The notes under the pieces were generated by a model that did no database searches, was not told the origin of the DNA, and worked only from the letters and a program-made list of their open reading frames with translations. Source: Spirochaetaceae bacterium (GTDB lineage Bacteria; Myxococcota_A; UBA9160; UBA4427). Taken from it: 64,000 bases of DNA. The position numbers were made by a program, and so were the translations under genes. Shown piece after piece: positions 18,808 to 28,590 of the stretch. The DNA is taken from contig JACKFD010000016.1 in the NCBI GenBank assembly GCA_020632655.1, positions 60,753 to 124,752 on the forward strand. The letters run 5' to 3'. Numbering within the stretch: position 1 is the stretch's first letter; every line of letters begins with the position of its first letter.

Positions 18808-19932
18808 CTAGATCACGTCCGCGAGCTTCACGACCTCGGTCTTCCACTCGGCGGGCCAGCCGCCGGCGGCGCCCGTGATGCGACCGAGCATGCCGCCTTC
18901 GCTATGGCCGAGCGTATTCAGCCAGTTCTTCCAGCGCGGGCCGGGATCCTGGTGCGCGATCAGGATGCGGACGGAGCCGTCGTCCTCGTAGCGCGCCGTG
19001 AACTTGTTGACCGAGATGTCGAAGAAGCGGTGCTCGAGGGACTCCATCCAGAAATTCGAGAGCTGGAGGTTCCACGTCTGGCACTCGGGGATGCCTTCGA
19101 TGTGCACGGAGAGGGCCTCGTCCGGCGCGAGCGCCCAATGGCTCTGGTAGTAGTGGATGGTCGGATCGCCGCCCGCCGCGTGCAGGATCGGCTGATCGTG
19201 GGACGGCAGCTGATTGAGCGTCGTCTCCTTGTACATCTTCGTCCAGACGAGCCCGAGGCCGACCGTGTTCTCGAGGAAGGTGAGCGCCTGGGACAGCTGG
19301 GCCTCCAGTCGATCCGGGTCGAGGTTGTTGTTCGGCCGTTCGGGATTCAGGCACTCGATCGAGAGCTCGGCGCGCTTCTCCTTGCGGCGGTCGCCGAAGG
19401 TCTGACGCACGACGATGTTGCTCGAGGCCTCGGTCAGCGGCAGCCAGTTGCCGGGCTGCTCCTTGCGGCTCATCAGGATCTCGAACGTGCCGTCGTCCTC
19501 GAAGCGGATCTGGCTCGAGTCGATCTCGCTCGTGCTCGACATGTCGCTCACGTCGCCGCTGCCGCCCTTCACGCCGATGCTGAACCATCGCACCGTCCCG
19601 CGCGTCCCCGTGATGCGGTAGTCGAAGCGGCTGTCGATCGTGCAGTTCTCGTAGTAGTTGTCCGGGTTGTCGTTCAGGATCTTCTTCGTATCGTCGGCGA
19701 GACGGTAGAAGGCGGGATATTGCGGGTCGGCGTAGTCGACGGCGCGCTCGAGGCCCGCGCGCAGGATGCGCGTCAGGAAGCGGTAGCCGAGGGCCTGGTT
19801 CATCACGTCCTTGGGCACGACGTCCGATCGCACGAGCGCGCCCGCGGCCTTCAGCCGGTCGCAGAAGTCGTTCCAGATCCGGCCGTCCAGGATCCGCTCC
19901 CGCGCCTCGCCCGCCTTCGTCGTCGTTCCCAT
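18808..19932 (-). CDS. DUF1214-like protein (paralog 1 of 3)
   Basis: MGTTTKAGEARERILDGRIWNDFCDRLKAAG...NDNPDNYYENCTIDSRFDYRITGTRG...WNLQLSNFWMESL. Same architecture as 46738-47922 and 59063-60313. The family name is from memory. Confidence 0.65.
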   Translation of the reverse strand: MGTTTKAGEARERILDGRIWNDFCDRLKAAGALVRSDVVPKDVMNQALGYRFLTRILRAGLERAVDYADPQYPAFYRLADDTKKILNDNPDNYYENCTIDSRFDYRITGTRGTVRWFSIGVKGGSGDVSDMSSTSEIDSSQIRFEDDGTFEILMSRKEQPGNWLPLTEASSNIVVRQTFGDRRKEKRAELSIECLNPERPNNNLDPDRLEAQLSQALTFLENTVGLGLVWTKMYKETTLNQLPSHDQPILHAAGGDPTIHYYQSHWALAPDEALSVHIEGIPECQTWNLQLSNFWMESLEHRFFDISVNKFTARYEDDGSVRILIAHQDPGPRWKNWLNTLGHSEGGMLGRITGAAGGWPAEWKTEVVKLADVI

Positions 19933-20087
19933 CGTGCGTCCTCCGCCGGCTCGCCTCGGGGCGACCGGAAACCTACGCTAGCGTGCGGCGTCCGCCGGGA
20001 CCGCCCCCAGGATCCGAGCGCGCACGGCCCATCCGGCGCGCCGCGAGGTCACATGGGTCGGGCCGGCGCGCAGGAGGATCCTTCCCG

Positions 20088-21581
20088 ATGAGCCAGTCCT
20101 ACTCCACGAGTCGGCCCTGCCGGCTGCGCGACGTGCCCGGCTGGGATCTCGAGACCGACGTGGCGGTCGTGGGCTTCGGCTCCTCCGGCGCGTCCGCCGC
20201 GATCGAGGCGGCGGCGGCGGGCGCCCGGGTCCTCGTCTTCGAGGTCGCGTCGGGCCATGGCGGCACGAGCGCGATGGCCGGCGGAGACATCTATCTCGGC
20301 GGTGGTGGCGGCACCTCGGCCCAGCGTGCGAACGGCTTCGAGGACGCGACCGAGGACTTCTTCCGCTACATGATGATGGCGGGCGGTCCCGACGCCGACG
20401 AAGAGCGCGTGCGGATCTACGCCGAGGGCGCCCTCGCCCACCACGAGTGGCTGAAGGCCCAGGGCGTCCCCTATCGCGATACCTACATCCCGGGCAAGCC
20501 CGTCATGCCCGGCACGGGCGACTGTCTGATCCTCTCGGGCAGCGAGTACGCCTGGCCCTTCAAGGAGCAGGCCCGCCCCTGTCCGCGCGGCCATCTGCCC
20601 GAGGCGATCGGCGAGACGGGCGGCTTCTTCCTCGTCGAGGCGCTCGCGAAGCGTGCGAAGGCGCTCGGCGTCGAGGCGATCTTCGACACCCGCGCCGTGG
20701 CGCTCGTCGTCGACGACGACGGTGCCGTCGCGGGGCTCGTCGTCTCGACCCTCGGCGAGCGGGATCGCTTCGTGCGTGCGCGGGGCGGCGTCGTGCTCTG
20801 CGCCGGGGGCTTCGCGCTGAACGAAGCCATGCTCGCGCAGTACGCGCCCGTCCGGAAGCGCCTCGCGGACGACGGCCTGTCGGGCGGCTACGACGACGGC
20901 AGCGGCATCCGCCTCGGCATGAGCGTCGGCGGCACCGCGATCCACATGGACGAGCTCTTCATCACGCTGCCCTTCTACCCGCCCGAGAGTCACGTCAAGG
21001 GCATCCTGATCAACGACAAGGGCGCGCGCTTCATCAACGAGGACGCCTATGGCGGCCGCGTCGCGCATTTCATCACGAGCCAGATCGGCGATCGCTTCTA
21101 CCTGCTCGTCGACGATGCGATCTTCCAGCGCCCGAGCGAGTACTCGAAGATCGAGATCGCCGCCGTCGGCGAGACCTGGGGCGACGTCGAGGCCGAGCTC
21201 GGCCTGACGCCCGGCAGCCTGACGACGACCGTCGCGATCTACAACCAGCACGCGGCCAAGGGCGAGGACCCCCTCTTCCACAAGGACGCGCATTGGCTCA
21301 AGTCCCTCGACGAGCCGCCCTACGCCGCTCTGGCCTGCCACCTCAAGGAGGCCTACTACCCCTTCTTCACCCTCGGCGGGCTACGCGTCCGGCCCACCGG
21401 CGAGGTCCTGACGACGGACGGTGAGGCGATCGTCGGTCTCTACGCGGCCGGACGCACGGCTTGCGGCCTGCCGCGCTGGGGCAAGGGCTACAGCTCGGGG
21501 ATGTCGCTCGGAGACTGCACCTTCTTCGGGCGCAAGGCGGGGCGCTCGGCTTCCGAGCGGGCCCGGCAAGCGGGCGCGTAG
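20088..21581 (+). CDS. FAD-dependent oxidoreductase, 3-ketosteroid-delta1-dehydrogenase / fumarate reductase flavoprotein-like
   Basis: CAGGAGGA RBS. DVAVVGFGSSGASAAIEAAAAGARVLVFE dinucleotide fold. C-terminal GLYAAGRTACG...GMSLGDCTFFGRKAG. Confidence 0.85.
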   Translation: MSQSYSTSRPCRLRDVPGWDLETDVAVVGFGSSGASAAIEAAAAGARVLVFEVASGHGGTSAMAGGDIYLGGGGGTSAQRANGFEDATEDFFRYMMMAGGPDADEERVRIYAEGALAHHEWLKAQGVPYRDTYIPGKPVMPGTGDCLILSGSEYAWPFKEQARPCPRGHLPEAIGETGGFFLVEALAKRAKALGVEAIFDTRAVALVVDDDGAVAGLVVSTLGERDRFVRARGGVVLCAGGFALNEAMLAQYAPVRKRLADDGLSGGYDDGSGIRLGMSVGGTAIHMDELFITLPFYPPESHVKGILINDKGARFINEDAYGGRVAHFITSQIGDRFYLLVDDAIFQRPSEYSKIEIAAVGETWGDVEAELGLTPGSLTTTVAIYNQHAAKGEDPLFHKDAHWLKSLDEPPYAALACHLKEAYYPFFTLGGLRVRPTGEVLTTDGEAIVGLYAAGRTACGLPRWGKGYSSGMSLGDCTFFGRKAGRSASERARQAGA

Positions 21582-21599
21582 CCTCGCCGCGATGCCCTG

Positions 21600-22577
21600 C
21601 TAGGCGACCTGGTTCGGCGGCCGCCCGCCCGCCTGCCACGCGAGCAGGGCCTCGATCAGGATCCGCCCCATCCCCATCCGGGCCTCGACCGTCGCGCTCC
21701 CGACGTGGGGCATCATGAAGACGTTCGGCAGCTCGAGGTAGCCCGGGTGCACGCGGGGCTCGCCGGCGAAGACGTCGAGACCCGCGCCCTGGAGTCGCCC
21801 TTCGCGAAGCGCCGCGACGAGCGCGTCGTCGCGCACGATGTCGCCGCGGGCGATGTTGACGAGGATCAGGCCCGGACGGGCATGGGCGAGCAGGGCCTCG
21901 TCGACGAGACCGCGCGTCTCACTCGTCGAGGGGCACGCGACGAGCAGCACGTCCGAGTCGGCGACGAGCGCTTCCGGCGTCGGCCGGTAGCCCGCCCCGG
22001 CCGCATCTGCCTCGGAGAGCGGCCGTCGGTTGCAGTAGAGGATCGACATGCCGAAGGCCCGGGCCCGAGCGGCGACGCGGCGGCCGATGTCGCCCATGCC
22101 CAGGATCCCGAGGGTCCGGCCGCCGAGCTGGACGCCGACCAGCTGGTCCGGCATCCAGCCCGTCCAGCGCCCTTCCCGCAGCATCCCGATCGCCTCGGTC
22201 GCCCGGCGTGCCGCACCGAGCATCAGGAAGATCGCGTTCTCCGCGACCGAGTCGCCGAGCACGCCCGGCGTGTTGAAGACCGCGAGGCCACGGGACCGGG
22301 CCGCTTCGAGATCGACGTGGTCGAGGCCGACCGAGTAGGTCGCCAGCGCCCGGATGCCCGGCGGCAGCGCTGCGATCCGGTCCGCACCCATGCGCACGTC
22401 GAGGGAGAAGAAGATCGCGTCGAAGACGCGCTCCGAACGCGCGAGCTCGGCGAGTGGCTCCGAGGTCTCGGCGAAGACCGCGTCGAAGGCCTCGGCGATC
22501 GCCCGCCGCACGGGCTCGATGAAACGCGAGGCGACGAATACCGCGAGCCGCCCGTTCGAAGATCCCCTCGCGCTCAC
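21600..22577 (-). CDS. D-isomer-specific 2-hydroxyacid dehydrogenase (glyoxylate/hydroxypyruvate reductase-like)
   Basis: LGILGMGDIGRRVA NAD motif, NIARG, DVFAGEP, PHVGSAT catalytic His. Confidence 0.85.
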   Translation of the reverse strand: MSARGSSNGRLAVFVASRFIEPVRRAIAEAFDAVFAETSEPLAELARSERVFDAIFFSLDVRMGADRIAALPPGIRALATYSVGLDHVDLEAARSRGLAVFNTPGVLGDSVAENAIFLMLGAARRATEAIGMLREGRWTGWMPDQLVGVQLGGRTLGILGMGDIGRRVAARARAFGMSILYCNRRPLSEADAAGAGYRPTPEALVADSDVLLVACPSTSETRGLVDEALLAHARPGLILVNIARGDIVRDDALVAALREGRLQGAGLDVFAGEPRVHPGYLELPNVFMMPHVGSATVEARMGMGRILIEALLAWQAGGRPPNQVA

Positions 22578-22605
22578 GCGCTACGCCCTCCCCGACACGA
22601 AGGCG

Positions 22606-25600
22606 TCAGCCCGACGCCTCGGCGACCTTGCCCTCGACGGCGCGCCCACGCGACGCCCACGCGCGCAGCCGCTCGAAGGCCAGGTAGAAGACCGGCACGA
22701 TCAGCAACGTGAGCAGCATCGACGTGAACATGCCCGCCGCGGTCGCGACCGCCATCGGCGCGCGCGTCTCGGCGCCCGGACCGATCCCGAGCGCCGCCGG
22801 CAACACGCCGAAGATCATCGACAGCGCCGTCATCATGACCGGCCGCATCCGCACGGGCGCCGCCTGCCGCATGGCCTCCTCGGGCGAGAGTCCGTCCCGC
22901 CGCAGCTGGTTCGCGTAGTCGACGAGCAGGATCGAGTTCTTCGTCACGAGGCCGATCAGGAGCACGATGCCGATCATGCTGAACATGTTGATCGACATGC
23001 CGAGCAGCCAGAGCCCGCCGAGCGCCCCCACCATCGAGAAGGGCAGCGCAAGCATCACGATCAGCGGCTGCACGAAGCTCTCGAACTGCGCGGCGAGCAC
23101 CATGTAGATCATCAGCACCGCGAGGATCAGCATCTGCATGAACTGCTCGCCCGACTCCTTCATGGCCTCCGCGTCGCCGCCGAGTCGCAGCTCGAGGGTC
23201 GCGGGCAGGATCTCGTCGGCGACGCGCCTGGCACGCTGGACCGCGGCGCCGAGGGCGATGCCTTCGAGGTTCGCGGAGACCTTCACGCTGCGCATGCGAT
23301 CCGTGCGCGTGATCGAGGAGGCCGTGGCGGTCTTCTCGATCGTGACGACGTTGCGCAGGTCGACGAGCTCGCCGTTCCGCGTCCGCACCCAGAGATCGCC
23401 GATCGCGTCGAGGGTGTCGCGGGTGCCCTCCTCCATGCGGATCCGGACATCGTGGCGCTCCTCGCCATCGCGGAAGGTCGCGACCTTGAATCCGCCGATC
23501 ATGGCGTGGACGATCTCCGCGACCGAGGCCGCGTCGACGCCGAGGGCCGCGGCCTTGTCGCGATCGGGCACGACCCGCGCCTCGGGCAGCCCGACCCGGA
23601 TGCTCTTGTCGAGGTCGACCATGCCGCCCTCGGCCGCGAGCCGCTCCATCATCAGAGACGCATAACGGTCGAGCTCGTCGAGACTCGCGTTGCCCACGAT
23701 CTCGACCTCGAACTCGGCGTCGCTCGAGGCCATCGGATCCGTGACCGCGAACTCCTGACCGGGGATCAGCGCCAGCGCGCGGCGCGCCGCGGCCATGATC
23801 TCCTGCGTGCTGCGCTCGCGTCGGTCCATCGGGTAGAGCCGCGCATTCATGAACCCGTCGCTCGGCCCACCGATCGTCATGCTGGTCGAGCCGATCGCCG
23901 CGAAGATCGAGGCGACCTCGGGCTGGGCCATCATCCACGCCTCGTTCTGCTCGAGGATGTCGACCGTCGCGTCGAGGGAGGTGCCGGGCGGCGTGCGGAA
24001 GCGGATCGCGACCATGCCGGAGTCCGAGGGCGGAAAGAACTCGGTCTGGAGCCGGCCGCCGGCCAGGATCGCGAGCACGATCGAGAGCACGGCGATCCCG
24101 GCCGTCTGCCAGCGATGCGCGAGGGACCAGTCGAGCACGCGCCGATAGAGCGCCTCGAGGGCGCCGAAGCCGCGCTCGAGGCGCTGATGGATCGAGTCCG
24201 GGCCGCGCTCCTTCGGCGGACGCATGCGCGCCGCGAGCATCGGCGTGAGCGTGAGCGCCACGAAGAGCGAGATGATCACGGACACGGCGACGGTCACGCC
24301 GAACTCGGTCAGGAAGCTGCCCATCCGCCCGGTCGCGAAGGCGACGGGGAAGAAGACGGCCGCGACGGAGAAGGTCGCCGCGGCCGCAGCGAGGGTGATC
24401 TCGCGCGTCCCGGTCCGGGCGGCCTCGCGGGCCGGTCGGCCGTTCTCTCGGTGCCGCTCGATGTTCTCGAGGACGATGATCGCGTCGTCGATCACGACGC
24501 CGATCGCCAGCGTGAGCGCGAGCAGCGTCATCGTGTTCAGGGTGAAATCGAAGACCCAGATCATCCCGAAGGTCGTGATCAGCGAGAGCGGGATCGCCGC
24601 CGCGACGATCAGGGTCGGCCGCCAGCGCCGCACGAAGACGAAGACCACGACGACGGCGAGTACGCCGCCGAAGAGCAGCGCGAAGATCGTCTCCTCGAAG
24701 GACTCGCGGATCAGCTTGGAGTTGTCGATGAAGCCGTCCCGCTCGACGATCTCGATGCCCTCCGGCGTGCGGTCGCGCAGGATGTCCATGCGTCGGTAGA
24801 ACTCGTCGACGATCGCGACCGTGTTCCCGTCGGACTGCTTCTTGACGGCGATCGCCATGCCCGGCTTGCCATTCATGTGCGAGGCGCGCCGGATGTCCTC
24901 GGAGCCGTCCTCGAGTCGGGCGACGTCGCCGAGCCGGATCGGGGCGTCCCCCTCCCACGAGATCACCATCCGCGAGAGCTCTTCGAGGGAACGGAACTCG
25001 GCGTCGGTCTTGACCGCCCACTCGACTGCGCGTCCCTCGACGAAGCCACCCGGACGCTCGACGTGCTCCCGACGCAGCGCGCGGAGCACGTCGCTGACGG
25101 CGAGGTTGCGCGCACGCAGGGCGCCGGGGTCGATCCAGATCCGGATGTTGCGCTCGCGGGCGCCGTAGACCGAGGTGCCCGCCGCACCCGGGATGCTCTC
25201 GATCACGGGCTTGATGTGGCGATCGATGTACTCGGTCGCCTCGGTCGCGGGGAGGTCCGTCGTGATCGGCGCGTAGATGATCGGGAACATCGAGAAGTCG
25301 GCCTTCCCGAGGATCGGCGGATCGATCGAATCGGGCAGCTCGTCCATCACCATGTTGACCTTGTCGCGCACGTCCTGCGCTGCGACGTCGAGGTCGTAGC
25401 CGAGCTCGAACTCCATCATCACGCGCGAGGCGCCCTGGGCCGCCTCGGAGTAGGTGTGGCGCACGCCTTCGATCGTCGCGAAGGCCTCCTCGAGCACGTC
25501 GACGACCTCGTCCTCCATCGTCGTCGGCGAGGCGCCGTCGTAGGAGACCATCACGCCCACGAAGGGGAAGGTCATGTCCGGGTACTGGTCGATGCCCAGG

Positions 25601-25692
25601 CGCTGGAAGCCGAGGATGCCGAAGACGGCGAGCGCGAGCGTGACCATCCAGGTCAGCACGGGCCTTTCGATCGAGAGGTCGGAGAGGCTCAC
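22606..25692 (-). CDS. RND efflux pump, inner-membrane transporter (AcrB/HAE family)
   Basis: 1028 aa. MSLSDLSIERPVLTWMVTLALAVFG...QYPDM N-terminus, 12-TM RND layout. Confidence 0.92.
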   Translation of the reverse strand: MSLSDLSIERPVLTWMVTLALAVFGILGFQRLGIDQYPDMTFPFVGVMVSYDGASPTTMEDEVVDVLEEAFATIEGVRHTYSEAAQGASRVMMEFELGYDLDVAAQDVRDKVNMVMDELPDSIDPPILGKADFSMFPIIYAPITTDLPATEATEYIDRHIKPVIESIPGAAGTSVYGARERNIRIWIDPGALRARNLAVSDVLRALRREHVERPGGFVEGRAVEWAVKTDAEFRSLEELSRMVISWEGDAPIRLGDVARLEDGSEDIRRASHMNGKPGMAIAVKKQSDGNTVAIVDEFYRRMDILRDRTPEGIEIVERDGFIDNSKLIRESFEETIFALLFGGVLAVVVVFVFVRRWRPTLIVAAAIPLSLITTFGMIWVFDFTLNTMTLLALTLAIGVVIDDAIIVLENIERHRENGRPAREAARTGTREITLAAAAATFSVAAVFFPVAFATGRMGSFLTEFGVTVAVSVIISLFVALTLTPMLAARMRPPKERGPDSIHQRLERGFGALEALYRRVLDWSLAHRWQTAGIAVLSIVLAILAGGRLQTEFFPPSDSGMVAIRFRTPPGTSLDATVDILEQNEAWMMAQPEVASIFAAIGSTSMTIGGPSDGFMNARLYPMDRRERSTQEIMAAARRALALIPGQEFAVTDPMASSDAEFEVEIVGNASLDELDRYASLMMERLAAEGGMVDLDKSIRVGLPEARVVPDRDKAAALGVDAASVAEIVHAMIGGFKVATFRDGEERHDVRIRMEEGTRDTLDAIGDLWVRTRNGELVDLRNVVTIEKTATASSITRTDRMRSVKVSANLEGIALGAAVQRARRVADEILPATLELRLGGDAEAMKESGEQFMQMLILAVLMIYMVLAAQFESFVQPLIVMLALPFSMVGALGGLWLLGMSINMFSMIGIVLLIGLVTKNSILLVDYANQLRRDGLSPEEAMRQAAPVRMRPVMMTALSMIFGVLPAALGIGPGAETRAPMAVATAAGMFTSMLLTLLIVPVFYLAFERLRAWASRGRAVEGKVAEASG

Positions 25693-26837
25693 GAGTCGCT
25701 GCCCTCGGCGGGCTCGCCCGCGGTCGAGATCGGCGCCGGCAGCACCTCGCGCACGACGACGCTCATGCCGTTCGCGAGGCCTCCGTGGCCGCGCCGCACG
25801 ATGCGGTCACCCGCATGCACGTCGCCGCGGATCTCGACCCGATCCTGGAGCTGGGAGCCGACCTCGACCGCGACGCGCTCGACGCGGTCGTCGTCCGTGA
25901 GCCGGTAGACCGAGGCGCCGCCCGAGCGCTGGACGACGGCCTCCTCGGGCACCATCAGGACGTTCTCCCTTCGGTTCACGCCGAGGCTCACGCGCGCGAA
26001 GAGTCCGGGGCGAAGGAGCGCGTCGCCGTTGTCGATCTCGGCCTTGATGCGCAGCGTCCGGGTCTCGGGATCGACGGTCGGGGCCACGAAGCTGACCGTG
26101 CCCGTGAAGACGCGGTCCGGGAAGGCGCCGACGCGGATCTGCACGGATTGGCCGAGGGAGACGCGCTCCGTATCGAGCTCGGTCAAGGCGAACACGACCT
26201 CGAGCGGATCGAGGGCGACGAGCTCGAAGAGCACGTCGCCGGGCTGGACGAACTCACCGAGCTCGACCGAGCGCCTGGCGACCATGCCCGCGAAGGGCGC
26301 CGCAACGCTCGCGTCCGAGAGCGCACGGGCGGCCACGCCGACGGCGGCCTCCTCGGCGCGGACGGAGGACTCGGCGAGCAGGAGCGTCGTCTCGGCCTCC
26401 TCGAGCTGCTGCACGGAGGAGATGTTCTTCGCGCGCAGCTGCCGCACGCGCTCGGTCTGGCTCCGCTCCTTGCGCAGATTCGCCCGGGCCTGCGCGAGAC
26501 GCGCCCGCGCCGCCTGCAGGTCGAGATGACGTCGCTCCGGGTCGAGCTCGAGCACGACGGCGCCCTCCTCGACCGCATGGCCCTCGTCGACCGAGACCCC
26601 GGTCACGCGGCCAGCGACCTCCGCGGCGATCTCGGTATGGAAGCGCGCGACGAGGTCACCGCTCGCATGCAGCTCCTCGTCGAGGGTGACCGGCGCCAGG
26701 CGCACGGCCGAGACCGAGGGCAGGAGGTCCTCCGTCGCAACCTCCTCCTCCGAGCAGGCGACCCCGAGGAGCAGGGATGCGAGGGCGAGGACGAGCGGCG
26801 TCGCCTTCCGGAACGAGCTTTGGCGAGGCCCCATCAC
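25689..26837 (-). CDS. RND periplasmic adaptor (membrane fusion protein, HlyD family), probable lipoprotein
   Basis: Signal ...LVLALASLLLGVAC, a coiled-coil segment, beta-barrel C-terminus. 4-nt overlaps with both neighbours. Confidence 0.88.
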   Translation of the reverse strand: MMGPRQSSFRKATPLVLALASLLLGVACSEEEVATEDLLPSVSAVRLAPVTLDEELHASGDLVARFHTEIAAEVAGRVTGVSVDEGHAVEEGAVVLELDPERRHLDLQAARARLAQARANLRKERSQTERVRQLRAKNISSVQQLEEAETTLLLAESSVRAEEAAVGVAARALSDASVAAPFAGMVARRSVELGEFVQPGDVLFELVALDPLEVVFALTELDTERVSLGQSVQIRVGAFPDRVFTGTVSFVAPTVDPETRTLRIKAEIDNGDALLRPGLFARVSLGVNRRENVLMVPEEAVVQRSGGASVYRLTDDDRVERVAVEVGSQLQDRVEIRGDVHAGDRIVRRGHGGLANGMSVVVREVLPAPISTAGEPAEGSDS

Positions 26838-27487
26838 GATACGTTCTCCATCTCGGTCATGCCGAGGAACAAAGCGTCGACCGCGCGTGCGGCAAGTCGG
26901 GGATCCCAGTCGGGCTCCGGCTGGGTCAGGTGGAGCGAGACGAGGCCGTAGACGAGGCCCCAGAGGATCCGGCCCGCACTATCGATGTCGAAGGCGCCGA
27001 TCCGGCCGTCCTCGCCGAAGCGGTCGAGCCCCTCCTCGATGCAGGCGCGGACGCGATCCATCGCCGGCGGCATGCGGCTCTCGCCCTTGCGGGAGAGCGT
27101 CCACATCAGGCGGATGAAGGTCGGGTTCGCGGTCGCGAAGTCGAAGTAGGCGAGCAGCAGCGCCCGCAGGTCGCGACGGGGATCGCCGGTCGGACGCACC
27201 TGCTCGAGGCCCTCGGCGAGGCGTGCGACACGCTCCTCGAGCAGCGCGTCGATCAGCCCGTCCTTGTCGCCGAAGTAGTGGTAGACGGTCGGCGCCGAGT
27301 AGCCCGAGCGCTGGCCGAGCTGTCGGATCGAGAAGTCCGGCCCGTTCGCCTCGATCATCAGCGCCTCGGTCGCGTCGAGGATGGCCCGACGTGCCTCACG
27401 CCGCTGACGGCGGCGCCGCTCCTGGATGCGGGGTCCGACGAGGCCGCCCTCGGACGCCTCGATCTCCCGATGTGAGGTCGTGCTCAT
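26834..27487 (-). CDS. TetR/AcrR family transcriptional regulator
   Basis: HTH region ILDATEALMIEANGPDFSIRQLGQRSGYSAPTVYHYFGDKDGL. First gene of the tetR-MFP-RND unit. Confidence 0.9.
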   Translation of the reverse strand: MSTTSHREIEASEGGLVGPRIQERRRRQRREARRAILDATEALMIEANGPDFSIRQLGQRSGYSAPTVYHYFGDKDGLIDALLEERVARLAEGLEQVRPTGDPRRDLRALLLAYFDFATANPTFIRLMWTLSRKGESRMPPAMDRVRACIEEGLDRFGEDGRIGAFDIDSAGRILWGLVYGLVSLHLTQPEPDWDPRLAARAVDALFLGMTEMENVS

Positions 27488-27746
27488 CGTGCTCTACTCG
27501 CGCTCCTGCTCGTCCCTCGCTCGATCGCCCGTACAGCACCGCCCCCCGCGCACGCGCGGTCGGTCGGCCGTGTACCTCCGACGCGACGCGACCCGACTCC
27601 GAAAAGGGAGCGGACCCGCGACGTCGGACTCGACCTCGCCTGGAACGAATTTCTCTCGACGACTCTCGACAGGGCCGCCGGAGAGGCGGCCTGCGGTTCT
27701 GCGGGCGCAGATGGACCAACCGTCACGAGACTTGATGTTCGGTCGA

Positions 27747-27758
27747 TTGGTTGACCAA
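27747..27758. promoter_or_regulatory. AT-richer inverted repeat TTGGT-TG-ACCAA, candidate TetR operator/promoter region
   Basis: It lies in the only low-GC patch (cttgatgttcggtcgattggttgaccaacgttatagcg) of the 370-bp gap upstream of tetR. TATAAC is adjacent on the minus strand. Confidence 0.35.
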
Positions 27759-27856
27759 CGTTATAGCGAGACCGAGCAGGTCGCGCCACAGCGATGGAAA
27801 TCCGGTCCGACGGGCGCCCGCGGGGCGCGGAGGCGCCCTCGAGCGATGGGGCCCCG

Positions 27857-28498
27857 TCAGCCCTTGGGCATGCCATTCCAGCCCACCACCTCGTCCGTGG
27901 GCTTGCGGTAGCCGGGCTTGAAGTCGGTCCCGATCGTGTACGCGATCGGGAAGAGGCCGACCTGCGTGTAGAAAGGCGGGATGCCCAGCAGCTCCGCCAT
28001 GTCCTTCTCGCGGTAGAGATGCCCCGTCGTCCAGGCGCTGCCCAGCCCGCGCGCCCGCAGCGCGAGCATGAAGCTCCAGACGGCCTGCAGGCACGAGCCC
28101 CAGAGGCTCGCCTGGTGGAAGAGGTTCAGCCCGTCGGTGCGGCCGGCGAACATCGGCAGCAGCACGGCCGGCAGGCGATGCCAGTTCTCGCGGAGATGCG
28201 CGACGGAGCTGTCGATGCGATCCGCGCCCGGCACCGCAGCACCCGGATAGCCGGCGTCCCCGAAGCTCGCGATGTAGTCGTCGAGACCGCCGTTGTAGAT
28301 CTCGGCCGTCTTCGCGATCAGCGCCGGATCGTCGATCACGACCCATCGCCAGGTGTTCATGTTGCCGCCGTTCGGCGCCTGGAAGGCGATCTGCAGGCAC
28401 TCCTCGATCAGCTCGCGCGGCACCTTGCGATCGAAGTCGAGGCGCTTGCGCACGGCGCGGGTCGTCGTCAGCAGCTCGTCGGGCGTCAGGTCGAGCAC
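27857..28498 (-). CDS. nitroreductase family protein
   Basis: MLDLTPDELLTTTRAVRKRLDFDRKVPRELIEECLQIAFQAPNGGNMNTWRWVVI... 213 aa. Confidence 0.85.
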   Translation of the reverse strand: MLDLTPDELLTTTRAVRKRLDFDRKVPRELIEECLQIAFQAPNGGNMNTWRWVVIDDPALIAKTAEIYNGGLDDYIASFGDAGYPGAAVPGADRIDSSVAHLRENWHRLPAVLLPMFAGRTDGLNLFHQASLWGSCLQAVWSFMLALRARGLGSAWTTGHLYREKDMAELLGIPPFYTQVGLFPIAYTIGTDFKPGYRKPTDEVVGWNGMPKG

Positions 28499-28590
28499 GT
28501 GAGATCCTCCTGCCCGGCGACCCGGGCGCCGGCGACCGCGCGCGGGAACTCCGCGTCACGCGCCGACCGGAGCGCGATGTTGGCCGATCC

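Noticed and set aside
22354-25908. 1184-aa plus-strand ORF opposite the RND pump
   Set aside because: It is antisense to an unmistakable AcrB-type transporter. The protein is a low-complexity Arg/Asp/His/Glu string.
27396-27719. 107-aa ORF in the long tetR leader
   Set aside because: GC3 is only moderate, the composition is Arg-rich low complexity, and it overlaps the tetR start out of frame.
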